DNA from: Mytilus edulis | Lineage: Eukaryota | NCBI RefSeq assembly: GCF_963676685.1 | Contig: NC_092351.1 | Span: 45,198,001-45,262,000 of the forward strand | DNA length: 64,000 nt | Direction of reading: 5' to 3' | Shown here: positions 24,742-39,400 of the stretch, piece by piece | Layout: the number at the start of each line of letters is the position of its first letter | How positions within the stretch are numbered: position 1 is the stretch's first letter | The notes under the pieces: model-generated | The model's input: only the letters and a program-made list of their open reading frames with translations | What the model was told of the DNA's origin: nothing | Database searches by the model: none | Translations under genes and position numbers: made by a program

Positions 24742-27654
24742 CCTTTTTTTGTCGAGGATTGCATACGTCCTGGCCGTTTTATCTGTGGCTAGTTGTTTTG
24801 TGAAATTTTGTTTCTTTGAATGCAAAAGTCTGAATGTAAGTCTGTGTCTGTGACTGTATTTGCTATGGAATTTTAATATATAACATGATAATATATAGTG
24901 TAAGCTTTAATGTGTTATTGTGGGAGTGTATGTGTGTAATGCATGTAAGTGTTTATAATATTCTTATCAATACTACATTTCGTTTCACATCCTATATAAA
25001 CATTTGCCGATTTTCAAGTTAAGTCTCTCTCTCTGATCTGTGCCGATTACCAGCGTATAGGAAGTTAATGTAAAGACAGTTATTAACCTTATTAATAATT
25101 ATGGATTAGAGTTTAAATTCAAACAGTGGATGTCACTATTGTAAAACATGTACATACCCTTTAGTCGATCATTATAAACAGCATTACAGGTACGTGACAC
25201 CTCTAATAATGTTTGTAAGTATGACATTTCGTATAGTATCGAATTTAAATTTAATATCAGATTCACAGTCATCCGTTTTGTGGGATACCGAAAGTTAGTT
25301 AAACTTAGTTGGCTTATATATCAAACGTGTCAGAAAAATCAACTCAAAAAGCTAAACAGAAGAACCAATATCAAAACTTACTGGTCCCAAAGTAGATTGC
25401 AGCATGATGAAACATTTGATATAATTGAGGACTATTTGAGTATGCCTCTATTTTTGGTGAGTCTCTGGTAATGTCCGTCTCTTTGTTAGGGAAATATTAA
25501 TATTAAATAACATTTGGATGCGTCAGTGAACATTTGTTCAACATTAACGACAAATATATGAATGAAAGGGCATTTAACATGAACCCACACCAAAACAAAA
25601 CGAAATTTAATATGAAAAAAATATTTTGTGAATCAAACGTCATTTTGATAGCAATTTACAACAAAAACGAGATATTAAGATGACATTATAAATTCTCTTA
25701 TAATTAGACCTACACAAGTTTCTATACATGCATTTAACGGAGTTTTTACAAAGTCAGGAATATGGTACGAGTAGTAAATAGTTTCATCAAATTGTTTGCA
25801 TCTAAGTATGTTGCTTTGGCGTTTGCTTTTGTTGTACTTCAGCGTTTCTTTTGTTTCGTTGTTTTCCGTTTATACTTGATGTGTTTACCTCGGTTTTAGT
25901 TTGTAACCCGCATTTGTTTACTTTCAATCGATTTTTTTTAACAGCGGTATACTACTGTCACCGTTATTAATAATAATATGATATATAATGTTTTGATAGG
26001 TACTAATTATTTCCAAATTAATTGGATACCAGCCACCGACATCCGGTAATTATAAGTATACCACAACAGCTGTCACCCTTGGAATGATGATATCTATTCT
26101 GCCTATAGTACTTATTATCATTTGTGCATTGGATGCAATCATAAAGGCTAAGGGAAACTCAATTTATTAAGTATTGCATGTACATATTATCTACATGCAT
26201 TAATCATGTTAATACTAATTTCATACAATAAACGCCTATACATTTCGTTCGTCCTTTTATTTATCTTCATTGCGTGATAAATTAAATCTACACATTTGAA
26301 AGATATAGATGCACAAATACACGTCAACATTAGGAGCTACATGTTTATACCACAAAAAGGACCTAAACAAAATACCATTATTAATTTCACGTCAACTTCG
26401 TATGAAGGAGTTGGAACCTTAATCTTGTAATTATATTTTTATTGATGAACTGAAATTTTGACAAAGAATATGTTATAAATCAGGTCAGTACCGAAGCACT
26501 GACTACCGATTTAACTATAGCCTAACTGACACACTTATTTCAAATTTAAAATGCATCGATTCTTAGATTTTGCTTTCATGTATTGGTTCACGTATGTACA
26601 TGTATTCATTTATTATTGTTTTGGTCTCAGAGCAACAAAGTAATACTGTATGCATATTATTCGAACTGTTGATGTTTAGCTGTAACTTTTAAAGTTTTGT
26701 CATCTGAATCTCGTTAGCAACATAGGATAGTTGATAAAAACAAATGTTGGTATAAATGATCGTTCGACAAATGCATCATACGTTTTAATCAAATTTTTAG
26801 TGCCATTAGGTAGAAGTATCTGCCTAACGCTTTGGGCATATCACATCCCTTTCTCTCCATAAAAACACAAAAAATCACAAGTAATAAGATTATTGTTGTG
26901 TATGTGTTAATTAACTGTGGGTATTGAAATGAAGATATTTAATTACCAAATGAAGGACTTACCTAGCAAATAAATATCGACATACGTGTACATTTTATTT
27001 GTAATCGGATAATAGTGTTTTCTTATTTGTTTCAGAAAATGCATTGAAACCAACATCACAATGGAAACCAGTTGGTCAAGAATACGAGACCGTGTGAAAT
27101 TACAGACTTGAATGTACTAGAGAAAATCAAACTTAACCTACTTGGCGAGACAAACGTTTGTGAAAACATTTTTTTAAAATAGTGAATGTGGGGTATCTAT
27201 TCATCACACATAATTAGCACAACAACAAAAAACATACACATACACAAAAAGCAAAGGAGCAGCGCTTGTATTGCTGTTTCTATTGTCAAAGTCTCAGCGA
27301 GGCGTTCAACAGGCTAAACAAACTCTCACCTAACTGAAGTTTAAGATCCCTAGAACCGACTACAGTGGAATTTTTTGCAAAAATAGTTTTAAATACATCA
27401 TAACTTATTCACATTGTGTTACCTTGAATAAAATTATAAGGGCAAGGGTAGTGTGGTTCCTCCGTAGACAATATCGCAATTTGCCTAACCTGCTTTTGTA
27501 TTTATCATTTGTTTCTAACATTATGTTTCTGTGTATACACATGTATGAACTGGATGTATATTTTGACTTAACATAGATTTAAATTATTCATTAAAGGTGT
27601 AGGATAAAGGAAATACGTCTTGTCTCATATACCAATATTGTAGTCTAAATAGTT

Positions 27655-28101
27655 TTTTCATGCTGAAGACATAATCTTTCAATCAGTTTAATTGAGGTCT
27701 GGAGCTGGCATGTCAGTAACTGCTAGTTGTCCTTTGTAAACTTATGTATGTTACCTAATCTGACATCGGACTCGGACTTCTTTTGAACTGAGTGAGTATT
27801 GCTGTGTGTTTGTTTTTTCTACATTGGCTAAAAAACATATTCAACCGCTCCGCATTTTTGCGCTTGTCTCGGGTCAGGAGAATCTGGCGTTTGTTAATCT
27901 TGAATGATTTTTTATTTTAGTTTTGTATATATTTCGGAGTTTAGTATGTGTCCATAATCACTGAATCAGTACATATTTTTGTTTTTGGCCCAGCTGAAGC
28001 ACGCCTCCAGATGCGTGGTTTTCTCGCTGAATTGAAGACACATTGGGGGCCTTCAGTTGTTTTCTCCCATTTGGTCTGGTTGTTGTCCCTTTGACACATT
28101 C
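27655..28101 (+). repeat. Dispersed repeat ending ggttgttgtc.ctttgacacattccccatttccatt.tcaattt; same 3' end at 1-48
   Basis: 28078-28120 matches window positions 3-46. Confidence 0.65.
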
Positions 28102-28296
28102 CCCATTTCCATTTTCAATTTAGTAGGTGTTTTAAATGTTAAACCCCTATGATAACTAATTAATCACATAACTGTAAGTATTTCTAGAATATGGTATCTA
28201 TTTGTGGGAAAACATGTGTTTAATAAAAGCGTTAACACAAATACTCCGGATTATAATATTACCTGATATATAAAATGTATATTTGATAGAAAGCAT

Positions 28297-28440
28297 GCTG
28301 CTGGTGGACGTTCTCTTCCTGTGAGCATCTAAGCTAAGTAGTCAGGACTTCTTATTGACGTCAAAATGTCAGTGATATATTAGTAGTTATTCTGAACTGT
28401 TTACAAAACAACGTTGATTTTTTTTCCGAAATACTAAGGA
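28297..28440 (+). repeat. Degenerate fragment of the same retrozyme family
   Basis: gctgctggtggacgtt...agtagtc...ttgac...cgaaatactaagga aligns by eye with 23091-23227; no ribozyme core. Confidence 0.5.
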
Positions 28441-28542
28441 TCAACACAGTGGCACCTAAACGATTTAGGCTCAATAAAAGATGCAGTCTTGAATTTAATT
28501 ATATACCATGTAAGTTATTGCTCCTGGTAGAATGTTTTTGAT

Positions 28543-29170
28543 CCGTCTGTTTATCCGTCCGTCCGTCAGTCATGTTCTTGTCATCTCAACTCTTCTGTAA
28601 CCACACAGCATAATTTCATGAAACTTTGTAGATAAAAATGACATGCTTTGTAGAAATGCATTTCGACAAGAAATTATGACTCCATTATTTTTTTTGAGTT
28701 ATGTCCTTCCTCAATATACTACCGAAGAGTTTGTCATCGTCCCTCTTGTCACACAACAGAATTTTATGAAACATTGTAAATAGTAAATAGAAAGGACATA
28801 GCATGTAGATGTTCTTTTCGACAGGAAACCATGATTAAAATGTGTTTCTAGGAGTTAAAATATATGCCACGCTGAACTTATTGGTATCAATATACCTCTG
28901 CAACAGTATCATTGCATCTCCTCTGAAACCATGCAACAGAATTTCATGAAATTTTGAAGATAAGAAGGACATAACATGTAGATGTGCATGTCGATAGAAC
29001 ATTAAGATTAAGGTTTTTTCTTAGAGTTATGCCCCTCTGAACGTTTTGGCCTCAATATATTACTGCAACAGTTTGTCATTGCAATTTCTCTGAAACCACA
29101 CAACAGAATTTTATAAAACTTTGTAGAAAATATGGACATAGTATGTTAGTATGTTTATCCGCAAGAACAT
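28543..29170. repeat. Helentron/pearl-like element: (GTCC)n microsatellite followed by about 4 diverged 150-180-bp tandem units
   Basis: ccgtctgtttatccgtccgtccgtc then aattt.atgaaa..ttgt.ga units at about 28603, 28752, 28934 and 29099. Confidence 0.6.
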
Positions 29171-30049
29171 TTTTATTAGTTAAATCAGCTTATAACTATG
29201 AGCAAAATCCATACCGTATATTCAACTATAATAGGCCCGACTTGAAAAATGTAAAATGATTAACATATCTACTATATGTAACATTTTTTCAACAAAATTT
29301 ATTCAATCGGCGTACATGACATGCATATCTATTCTGTTACCACCACTAAATCAATTACTAAATGTTTCCGCTATGAATATGGAAATATTCAGTGATTCAG
29401 ATGACCAATCATCACATCATGTTTCTTGCATATCAGTGTAGAGAAAAGAAAAGACATTTAATGGAACAAAAAGTAACTAGATAACCTTGTATCCTGTCAT
29501 CCCTATTACCTACAAATAATAACAACTATTTTAATAAATTTGTAAACATTGCAATTACGTGTTGGAAACCAAAAACACAGCACGACAGCTTTATCAATTT
29601 ATACAAAGGAGCAGTTATTTTACAACATCATTCATGAATATAGACAACTATCCTGTTATCAATGAAATAAACATAATACGAATATTTGTGAACAGTGTTG
29701 CATAATCATACCTCTGACTAAAATCTCAGAACGTTCATTAACGTATGCATAACAAGGCGATATATAGTTAAGCTGTTAGTGCTTTATAAAATATTTAAAA
29801 TTCAGTTCTTTTTATATGTCTCTTTTGAAGATAAATTGACAAATTAAAATTTATTTGATGTCTTATCATATGATATATGACTCACCAATCGTAATTGTAC
29901 AAGGATATACACAGTTGTAATTAGAAGAACAATGACTGCTGACCCTTCAAGATATATCAAATTATTGGTGTAAGATATGAGCACACACACTTCCTATAAT
30001 AGAAAAGGTTAATGTTGTAGAAAAAATGTTTTACGTGTCAAAAAACGAC

Positions 30050-30810
30050 CTGGAATCAGACGGTCATCTTCGGATTGTATCTTATGTTCTTGTAATAAAG
30101 AACAAGTGTTCAACTGTTCAAAAAGTATGAATGAGTCAGAAAAATTGTTATTCAGTCTTGGTATGAATAATGATTTTGATAATCAGTTGCTGTTGAATGT
30201 AGAGAGTTTATATTTACGATTAACTAGACAACATTTATTTGATCAAGTCAAAAACGAGTTCCAATTTTTACAAGACTCTTCTTTCAATTGTAGATTAAAC
30301 AAAATAAATAGTGGTAGCAAATTCAGATTTACATTTTCACTTACGGAAATGTATTCGTGTACCTTTTCTCCAATTTATTACATAATTATGTCAAAGGATC
30401 ATTTTGTCTTAACTGGAAGTTATGTTGGTACTAATTGAGATGATATAAATTGTGTTTTTTGTGTGATTTTAGAGGGATAGAGGATGAATTTCCTGTCATC
30501 CTACAATGTAGTAGATATGCTTATTTTCTAGGCCATCAACTTTCAAGTAAATATAATAATGGTCTGTTGAAAAGTAAAAAAAAAAAAAAACTTTGTTACC
30601 TGGAAATTAGTTTAACATTTATATAAATGATTTACTTTTCTCTTTTAAATTAAGAAACAGTTTATTTATTTTTTTGTAAACGTGAAATTTCTGACGTCGC
30701 CTCCTGCATGTAATTTATACAAATTGTTTATAGTTTGTGTAATATGCCATATGTATATATTGTATTTGAACGGTTATAATGAGCAGTAAGGCTTTAAGTT
30801 AATAAATAAT
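30050..30810 (+). mobile_element. Highly decayed LINE 3' fragment
   Basis: LFDQV... segment in ORF 30106 and a CxxC...IEDEF.VILQC-like zinc-knuckle remnant at about 30450-30520. Confidence 0.35.
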
Positions 30811-33800
30811 TGATATGTAGGTGACATGCCTTCCTCCAGAATAATACATTTTTGTATATGCTGGTTTAAAAAGTATTATACATTATTATATAAGACTGTG
30901 GCTGCTAAGAATTCAATTTCAAATCACTTTGCCTTGGAACTCAGATCAAAATAGCACACGACTTTGTGTTCGACTTAAGAGTTTGAATGGTCAGTTTCAA
31001 AATAAATAACTTTTTTATACACAGCTAAATTAGTTGATTTACTTTGCACTCTAAGTATATACTTGTACAATTTCAGGCATACATTTTCACAAGGAAATTA
31101 ACTATACTTTTGCTCTCATTTATAAGAATTAATATTTAGTGATTTTTAAGATTTCAAGTGCCTCAAATTTGGGAACCACATTTTAAAATAGGCATGAATT
31201 GTTTGATAGAAATATGAAGATTTGTATAATTGTTTGATAGAAATATGAAGATTTGTGTATATTTGATACTACCAAAAACACCTTTTAGTTACATAACAAA
31301 ATCAATTTCACCTTAACATTCTCCCATCTGTTTTTTAGACTCTATAAACTTTAATAAGTTGACTAGTAATGTAGTGCGAAATGTTGACGGTACACGCATG
31401 AACAGTTTATTAACATAAACTATTAAACCATTAATTTTTCATACCGTCATACCGTCCTGTTTCAGTTATTGGAAGGCAAGTCTTTTTTTCATATTTTATA
31501 ATATTGCTTTAATTTAGTATATATGCTTGTTCATGTCTATGCTTGTGAACCAAAGTTTGAAACTCAAATCATGTTTATCGATCTGAGCTGGATCTTTTAT
31601 TAATCTTGTCTATATAATACGCACGGAAATTCAAGTGGTTAATATCAAGACAGAGTTATCTTTATTTAATTCATAATGTATGTTGATATAGTCAATATGC
31701 GACGGCGATGGTATTTCAATATCCATAACGATTCTTTTCACCTAAAATATCAAAAAGTTATATCAAAAAGAATCCTGGTTTGTAGTTAAGTGTGTAGTTG
31801 CATTTTGCTATAGTTTCGGTTTAACTATTTTTTTTATAATGTGCTGTTTCTTACGAACGTGGAACTATAGAAAATTACCTTTCTTTTCTTGTTTTCACAC
31901 TAGAATAATAGTAATGAAATGATATGATGGAATGCGTTGAAAAGGCTTGTAATAAAGTTTCAGATTGTTATAACTAACGATGTAACAACATTCAGGTTCC
32001 AAACTACATTTGGTCAAACTCATAAAGGGCAGCGAGTAGACTCTTTCAATTACTTATTCGAATATTAAATTTATGTGATTGACGATAAAGAATTATGACA
32101 TACATACGATTGGAATTGGGACATTTAATCTGTACCTCGTTTGGAGAGAGTGACACACTATCTCCACGTTAGAGAAATCTTACAACAACTTCTAAGGGGT
32201 CTGTAAATTATTTTTTGCATGGTGTAAATTCTGCCCATTATCCAATCCCTTGACTGTCAAAATTCTTGCCATTTCCCCATTGTAAAAAGGGCATTGATAA
32301 TATATCTCGGTTTCACAAATGGATTTAGTTTTAACTGATTTGAATAAAAGTTTATTATAAACTGAACCAATATTTTCTTCCAAGAAGATGGCGTATGATT
32401 GCCAATGAGACAAACCTCCACCAGATACAAACGATAGTGGAATGAATCAATTACATTCCGCACTGGAGGTTATCGTACGACCGTCAACAATGAGCAAATC
32501 CCATATCACATAGGAAGCTATACAAGGTCCAGGCATGACAAAGGGAAACATTCGAACGAAAAAACAAACGGCCCGATTTATGCTTAAACACTGAACGAAA
32601 ATAAAATATGGCATCCGACAACGATTATACAACAGGCTTCTGACTTCCGGCAGTCACAACATGATTGGGTAGGAATAAACATGTTTGTAAGTGCTCAACA
32701 CTTCCATCTCAACCCGATACTGTCGTGTAACAGCACAACGTAAAAACAAACTGTAAAAATCATTTATGAAGGATTTCTTTTTCATTAGATTGGAGAAAAA
32801 CATAAAAAGTAGGATGTTACTGATCTTAGAGTACTCCCAATTACAGAAAGCTATTTAGAAACAAATTACGATTACTACATAAATCAGGTGTCGCAACATA
32901 TGTCTATATGAATAATTCATGCAAGCGTCTATTCATTGCTGTATCTCTTTCAAATCAATAACCAAAACAGTGGAATATTTTCAATTCAATGGGTCCCAAA
33001 TGTAACGTCATTGGGACGTGACTTCACATATCAAATGACGTCATTATTGGTCATGTTGTCACTTTTTAAAATAAGCGGCAGCAAGAGGTTGAGTATTCTT
33101 GTGATTTCATTCAAACATTGATCAAAAACTGGTATTTCATTCTCTCTGATTAAAACAAAACCGGCACACATGGTTGTCGATGGTTGCTGTATGCCGCATT
33201 CGTTTTTCGTTTATTTGTTTATAGCACTCATAAGCTGGTTTTGATTCTTGTATTGTTTCACATTTGGTCATACATGGGGCTTTTATTACACGGTACGGAT
33301 AGTACCAATTGTTGAAAGCCGTGTGGTGACATATAGTTGCTTACATTCTAGTACTTTGGTCTTTGGTTGATTGATGTCTCAATGTTAATTATACTTAAAC
33401 AAATTCAACAAATATTTTACTGACAAAGTAAGATTGCGAATATAATAAAGCAACTGTTCTAGAAGTTGCTACAATAACATTCTAACCTTGACTTATCAGT
33501 GAAAAGTGAATGGTGCAAACTGAATAGCAGTAGAATGTTTATTTCTGTTTGTTGTTATAAAAAAAGCTAAACGCTCTAAAGTGATCACAAACGTAAGCAG
33601 CATATTTCAATTTTGTCACTAATTTGTAAAATATTGAAATAAAAATGAAAATGGGTACCCATCGCAATTGGGACTGTTTATGTTATTATAACCCCGGATA
33701 GACCGTAGAGTTTATAGTCAGTGATAAACCCTTTTTATTCTTTTCTTTCTGTAGGATAATAATGAAACTTTTGTTTTGGTTTAATGTTATCATTTATATA

Positions 33801-35175
33801 ATCTGGCTATCTATCGTAATAATTGCTTTACTGTATATAAATCATACGAGTACTTATCGTCAAATCACTTGTTACTGGGTGGGTGGCACTTCAAGTACTA
33901 ACAGTTCGCAGTATCGTAAGATACTCAGATACTTTATGATGTTCTCCTTATTTTTACTTCTTTTTAGTTCATTTTCCGTCATTTATGAGATGGTCTACAA
34001 TAAGAAACGTTCAAAGGTTGTTAAATGATCTTAAATGTTCATTTAAGAAAGCAAAATACTGCCTTTCATTATTTCAAAGGAGCAACTCATCCTTCAAGAT
34101 CTTTCGTGCGTAACTGAAAACATCAGTTAATGGAGTATAACCGCCATATATCATGTATATGAATCTAAATAAGATGGTTTATGTAGTATGAAACATAATT
34201 TACGGAAATTTTTTTTTTTTAAAATCGACTATGAATTATTTAATAAAACGTAGTAAATCGGATATGCTAGTCAATGATACAATGAAAGAAATGTATGTAG
34301 GTCACCGGCTTTCAGCTATAAGTAGAACCCATCCAGTATATTAAGCTATAAATTGTGTACATGTACTTGTTTTGTTATTATCAGATTCTGCATGTTTCGG
34401 GTCTTTGAATCTGAGTTATATTGCATTTAAAAATGTCAACCGTAATGGCCTTTATAACATATTTGCTCTCTGATTCAGTATTCGTTAATGGAAGCTTTAA
34501 CGTATGAAATTAATTAAGAAGAACTTTGTACATGATAAAATTGAAAAAAACACACAAATTCTTACTAGAACATAACTGTTAGTAGAACTCGCATATCTAT
34601 ACTAAAAAAGATATGTTAGCAGAACTCACAGATTCAAATTACCGCTCCCCATGTCGGAAAAGCCGGTAACTGTTTTACGAGCAGAATGTACATGAAATGC
34701 AAAATTGTTTATATATATGGCTAAGTACATGATGGACCCTTGGAAATATCAAAACTAATTTAGACCTAAATGTATAATGTCCGACTTACAATTTCGTAAT
34801 GTGTTAAGATTGTTCGCAATTTACAATTTTACTGTGAAATAAAACGGTGTTTAATGAAAGAGTTGTTGATTCAAGTGTCATCAGATGTGTCTAATTTATT
34901 TCAGATTTTGTTATGATCAAGTTTTTCTAAAGGAATTCCTCAATCAAAACAATAAGATACATTATATAAAAACATTAAAAAGAAAGTTCCAATGCAATAC
35001 GGGTTGGCAGATTGTGAAAATGTTTCAGAACAATTCGGTTAGGAAGTCCTCAAAGGAACAGCTATGAAATCCAGGTATTCGAAAAAGTCTTCTCAAAATT
35101 AAGTCAATAAGGAAAACAATTACTTTTTTCAATGCAATACAACAGATTGTGTAAATATTTCAGCACAATCCGGTC

Positions 35176-36468
35176 ATTTCACGCAAAGATGAAAAACTGG
35201 ATCTTCCATCACTGTATAGGATACATAAACTACATAAGTGTCTTTACAAATAACGGTATATTGCTGGGTCTTCCAAGTACCCCATGAAACTTCTTTTTAG
35301 ATTATTTACATAAATTTTATAAGCAATCAAAGCTGGGCTTCAAAGTTATTATTATACTGCCTATGCTAGAGGTGGCGTGAATCGTAGTGGATACTGAAAA
35401 TTCCAAAGATCTTTTAGAGTGCATACAATCTAAGACTCTTTCATCTTGCAAAAGTATTAAAACATTTGACTTTTCTACACTTTACACAGGCATTCCACAT
35501 TCCAAACTAAATGGCAAACTGAAAAATTGGTCCTGCTTTGTTTCATAAAAAAAGGGCCAACATTGATACAAGTATCTAGTCTAAGGGATGGATCAATCCT
35601 ACTTTGTAAAAAATCACTTAGTTTAAACAAAAAATTCTCTGGAACTGACATTATCAAGATGCTTGATATCATGATTGACAATATATTTGTTACGTTTGGA
35701 GGACGTGTATTCAACAAACAATCGGCATTCCCATGGGAACAAACTGTGCCCCTCTTCTTGCTGACTTGTTCCTTTAATCATATATTGCTGCATTTAGTCA
35801 GCAATTGCTTTGGAAGAAAGAAAAGAAGTTGGCTGTATCTTTTAACTTTACTTTCAGCTATAAAGATGGTGTTCTCTTACTAAATATTTCAAAATTTGGT
35901 GACAATGTTGAACACATCTATCCAATCGAACTTCGGATCAAGGGAACAATTAACAGATACAGTTAGATCTACCTCATATCTTGACTTATTTCTATGATGA
36001 GGGTCGGTTAAAAACAAAAGTTTACGACAAAAGAGATGATATCAGCTTCCCAATTGTGAACTTTCCATTTTTATGTAGCAACATTCCAGCAGCACCTGCA
36101 TACGGAGCATATGTCTCCCAGTTGACATGATATTCCAGGGCTTGTATTTCCTATCATGATTTCCTTGATAGAGAGTTGTTGCTCATAAGGAACCTATCAA
36201 ACCAAGAGTTGAAAGTGGAGAAGTTGAAATCATTCCTTCGTAAGTTTTACGGACGCCATCACGAGTTGGGTGACCGTTATGGAATATCCATTTCACAGAT
36301 GATAGCGAATATGTACCTAATGTCGTAACTACAATCCCGTCACTTTTCCCGAATGTGACCTACCAAATTAGACTTATTACCGGGTTTGTACTAAAATAAA
36401 GAACACAGTTGGTATCACATGTGGAGCAGGATCTAAATACTCTTCCGGGGCAGTGAGATTACCCGTAG
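35176..36468 (+). mobile_element. Penelope-like RT relic, copy 1 (5' and 3' truncated)
   Basis: Homologous to the reverse complement of about 9350-10572 (KMLDxMIDNIFVTFGGRVF, YDKRDD, NIPAAPAYG); many frameshifts. Confidence 0.85.
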
Positions 36469-39400
36469 TCAACCACATTAACAGACGACAACCACTAAAC
36501 GAAAGTCTAGTTAGTCTTAGATACATAGGCTGTTATTGACTTTGCACTAGCTGTCAGTATCTGTGAGTACTTTCAGATCTGTATTTTGTGTCTTTTTTGT
36601 TGCGAGGGATGTATAAATTCCCTGTCACGTCCGATCTGTGGTTTGTTGTTTTTCCGCTAATTTGCATCGATCAAATAAGTTAAGTTTCAACTTATTTTTA
36701 TAGTTTGTTATTATGATTTACTGTTACACCACTATCCCATGTAGGAGGAGTTGACGCCAGCAGACTAGTTTAACCCCGCCACATTCTATATCTGCCTGTT
36801 CCAAGTTAGGATCCTGTAATTTAGTCCTTGGTTTTGGTGCTTTATACCATAATTGTATTTCATTCATTGTTTTGTACATAAATGAGGCCGTTTGTTTTGT
36901 GGCCCTTTATAGTTTACTATGCGGTATAGGTTTTGTTCATTGTTGAAGGCCGTATGGTAATCTATAATTGTTAACCTCTATGTCATTTAGTCTCTGATGG
37001 AGAAATGTCTCATTAGTAGTAATACGACATTTTCTTATTTTAATAATTAAAATCTATCACTAGAGCTAAATGCATTGGGATTTTCTAGCATGTTTACCAT
37101 GGAGAATAGAGATATTCATTCGTGATCGATTCGAACGTTATGGTAACTTTGCCTAATCTGTTGCAAAATATTAGGATCGATGGACTGATCTTGTTGTTCA
37201 AACATTACCCGCACCATACGAATCTACATTAATTCAAAGAGTGATATACAGGAATAATACGCAATCACGAAATGAAGACGTAGTTACTCTTTTTGAATGG
37301 ATGAAGCATGAGAGGTCAATTATAGTTGTCAACGTCTTCAGAGTTGCATGATGTAGATCATTCCTAGACAATGAGTTGTTTCATTTTATCAACCCTCATA
37401 CACTAAGATATTGTCGCCATCATATCTTAACGAAAGAAAACTGTTTAAACATCGATATTTTCCTAGATGGCCTTAACTACATTTAGATTAAACCTTTTGG
37501 TAACTTTTGAATTTCATTGCTTTTCAACTATTATTTTAGCATTCCATCGGTGGGGCATATATCGACAAATGCGTGATATGTATTCTTTTTATGATCAAGG
37601 TATATCTTACAGGAATTTTCCGTGCGGGTTGCAAACATTGTACTAGAAAAATTAAAATAACAAAAACAACGAACTTCGAGGATTATTTTAAACGGAAAGT
37701 CACTAATCAAATGGCAAAATCAAAAGCTCAAACAAACCAAAATGAATAGATAACAACTGTCACATTCCTGACTAGGAACAGGTATTTTCCTATGTAGAAA
37801 ATGGTGGATTAAACCTGGTTTTATAGCTAGCTAAACCTCTAACTTGTATGACATGACAGTCAACGATGCTTATAAAACAAAGTTGGTTTGAAATTAGTTT
37901 AAGTTGAATGTGTTCGTCTATGCCAACTATTTTAGACAGTAACCTGTTAGGATCGCCAAACGTGGTTTAGAATCTGAATCTAGTTTGAACAATAGAGAAT
38001 CGTTTGTTCGTGACTTTATTACGTACGTTTCACCACAGTGACTGAAATTAAATAACAAAGTATATTTGATGAGTTTATTTGTAACGTTTTATATTTCAGT
38101 GAACGAATACTTAGATTGCTGGTAAATCACGAAGTCGGGGACTTTGTTTCAATGTATCATTTAAAATTTGACCTAAATTTGTTAGAGAAATAAATGCTTG
38201 GTTCGAAAGTGTTGCTGTTCCTTTAGAAACCTTATTACAAACGGAATATTACATACCAGTCAAACATGGGGATAAAACTGCTTGAAACAATAGAAACTAA
38301 TTACTAGTTGAATCATTACAAACTTCGTTATAAAATTCTGCAATGTAAGCATACAGTGGGATGGCCAATTTAGTTTGTCATTACAATTGTTTGACATTTA
38401 AATACACTTAATATCTAATGAGTAAGTGACATGTACTATTCTAAGCCTCTTGTTAGGGTGACCGATTATAGTATGGAACCTGCATCTGATAATACAAAAT
38501 GAGGTATAACAATCGGATATTTAATTGCATACTGGGTTGATATTTTCAACACATTCTGTTATAACTTTTCATTGCTATTATTCGAGTGTGAAATCAAGAA
38601 AAATAGGCAATTGGCCGTTTCAGAAACTAAAAGACATTTCTATTTAAACAAAAATTAGAGCAAAATGCAAATTACCTACACACCAGGTTGCAACAATATT
38701 TACTAGACTTTCGTTTAGTGGTTGTCGTCTGTTAATGTGGTTGATGTTTGTATCTCGTTTCTCGTTTTTTTTATATATACATTTAACCGTTGGTTTTCTT
38801 GTTTGAATTGTTTTACACTAGTCATTTTGGGGCCCTTTGTAGTTTTCTGTTCGATTTGAGCCAATGCTTCGTGTTGAAGGCCGTACTTTTGCCTATAATT
38901 GTTTACTTTTAACACATTGTGACTTAGATGGAGAATTGTCTCATTGCCACTCATTCCACATCTTCTTATTTTATTTCGAAATGATATTAATCTTTGTTGT
39001 ATCAGAACGACATAGGTAATCATTCTACCAAGCATTAAATGAAACTGGTATTCCCTTAAACTTTACCCCAACTGTTAGGTAATACCGCCATTCATCTGTT
39101 TAATTATAATACTTCGCATTCTGGAGTTGATTCTCTTGTTTTACTAATGAAATGTACATGTATAACATTCTTATTCTTATTTCTGCGATAAGTATCTGAA
39201 AAGAATTGACTTCAATGAATATATTACATAATATAATATCAATACGTATACAGGCGTAAAATGAAGGTAGTTTCAATATTCAGTTGCAGAGCTGTCACGA
39301 CGTAAAATTCCGCATACTAGTATATTTGAAATTTAACCAACTTTACTGCATGTAATATCTCTTTTAATGATGTAAAAGCATATCGGTAAACATCCTACTT

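Noticed and set aside
24991-27150. Possible TATA box (24993), donor CAG|GTACGT (25190) and acceptor tttcag (about 27035) of a non-coding or 5' UTR exon pair
   Set aside because: Such signals are common in AT-rich DNA; no ORF or homology support without transcript data
31197-31260. 31-bp tandem duplication (and a similar short one at 21887-21996)
   Set aside because: Ordinary slippage duplications with no further structure
33000-33055. CRE-like TGACGTCA motifs as the SLC6 promoter (three copies)
   Set aside because: They lie at the edge of a repeat-derived segment; no independent evidence of a TSS
33762-34028. 88-aa two-TM ORF as a stand-alone gene (also 45586-45852)
   Set aside because: Identity between copies only reflects the recent duplication; copy 3 lacks the ATG and is frameshifted; kept only as a candidate exon
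37450-37580. Possible very decayed retrozyme copy (also 49275-49400; a scrap at about 15140)
   Set aside because: Similarity is weak by eye and the CTGATGA/GAAA core is absent
38715-39035. 106-aa ORF (and 50538-50858, 44000-44356, 55825-56181)
   Set aside because: Translations of the abundant SINE-like repeat; not genes
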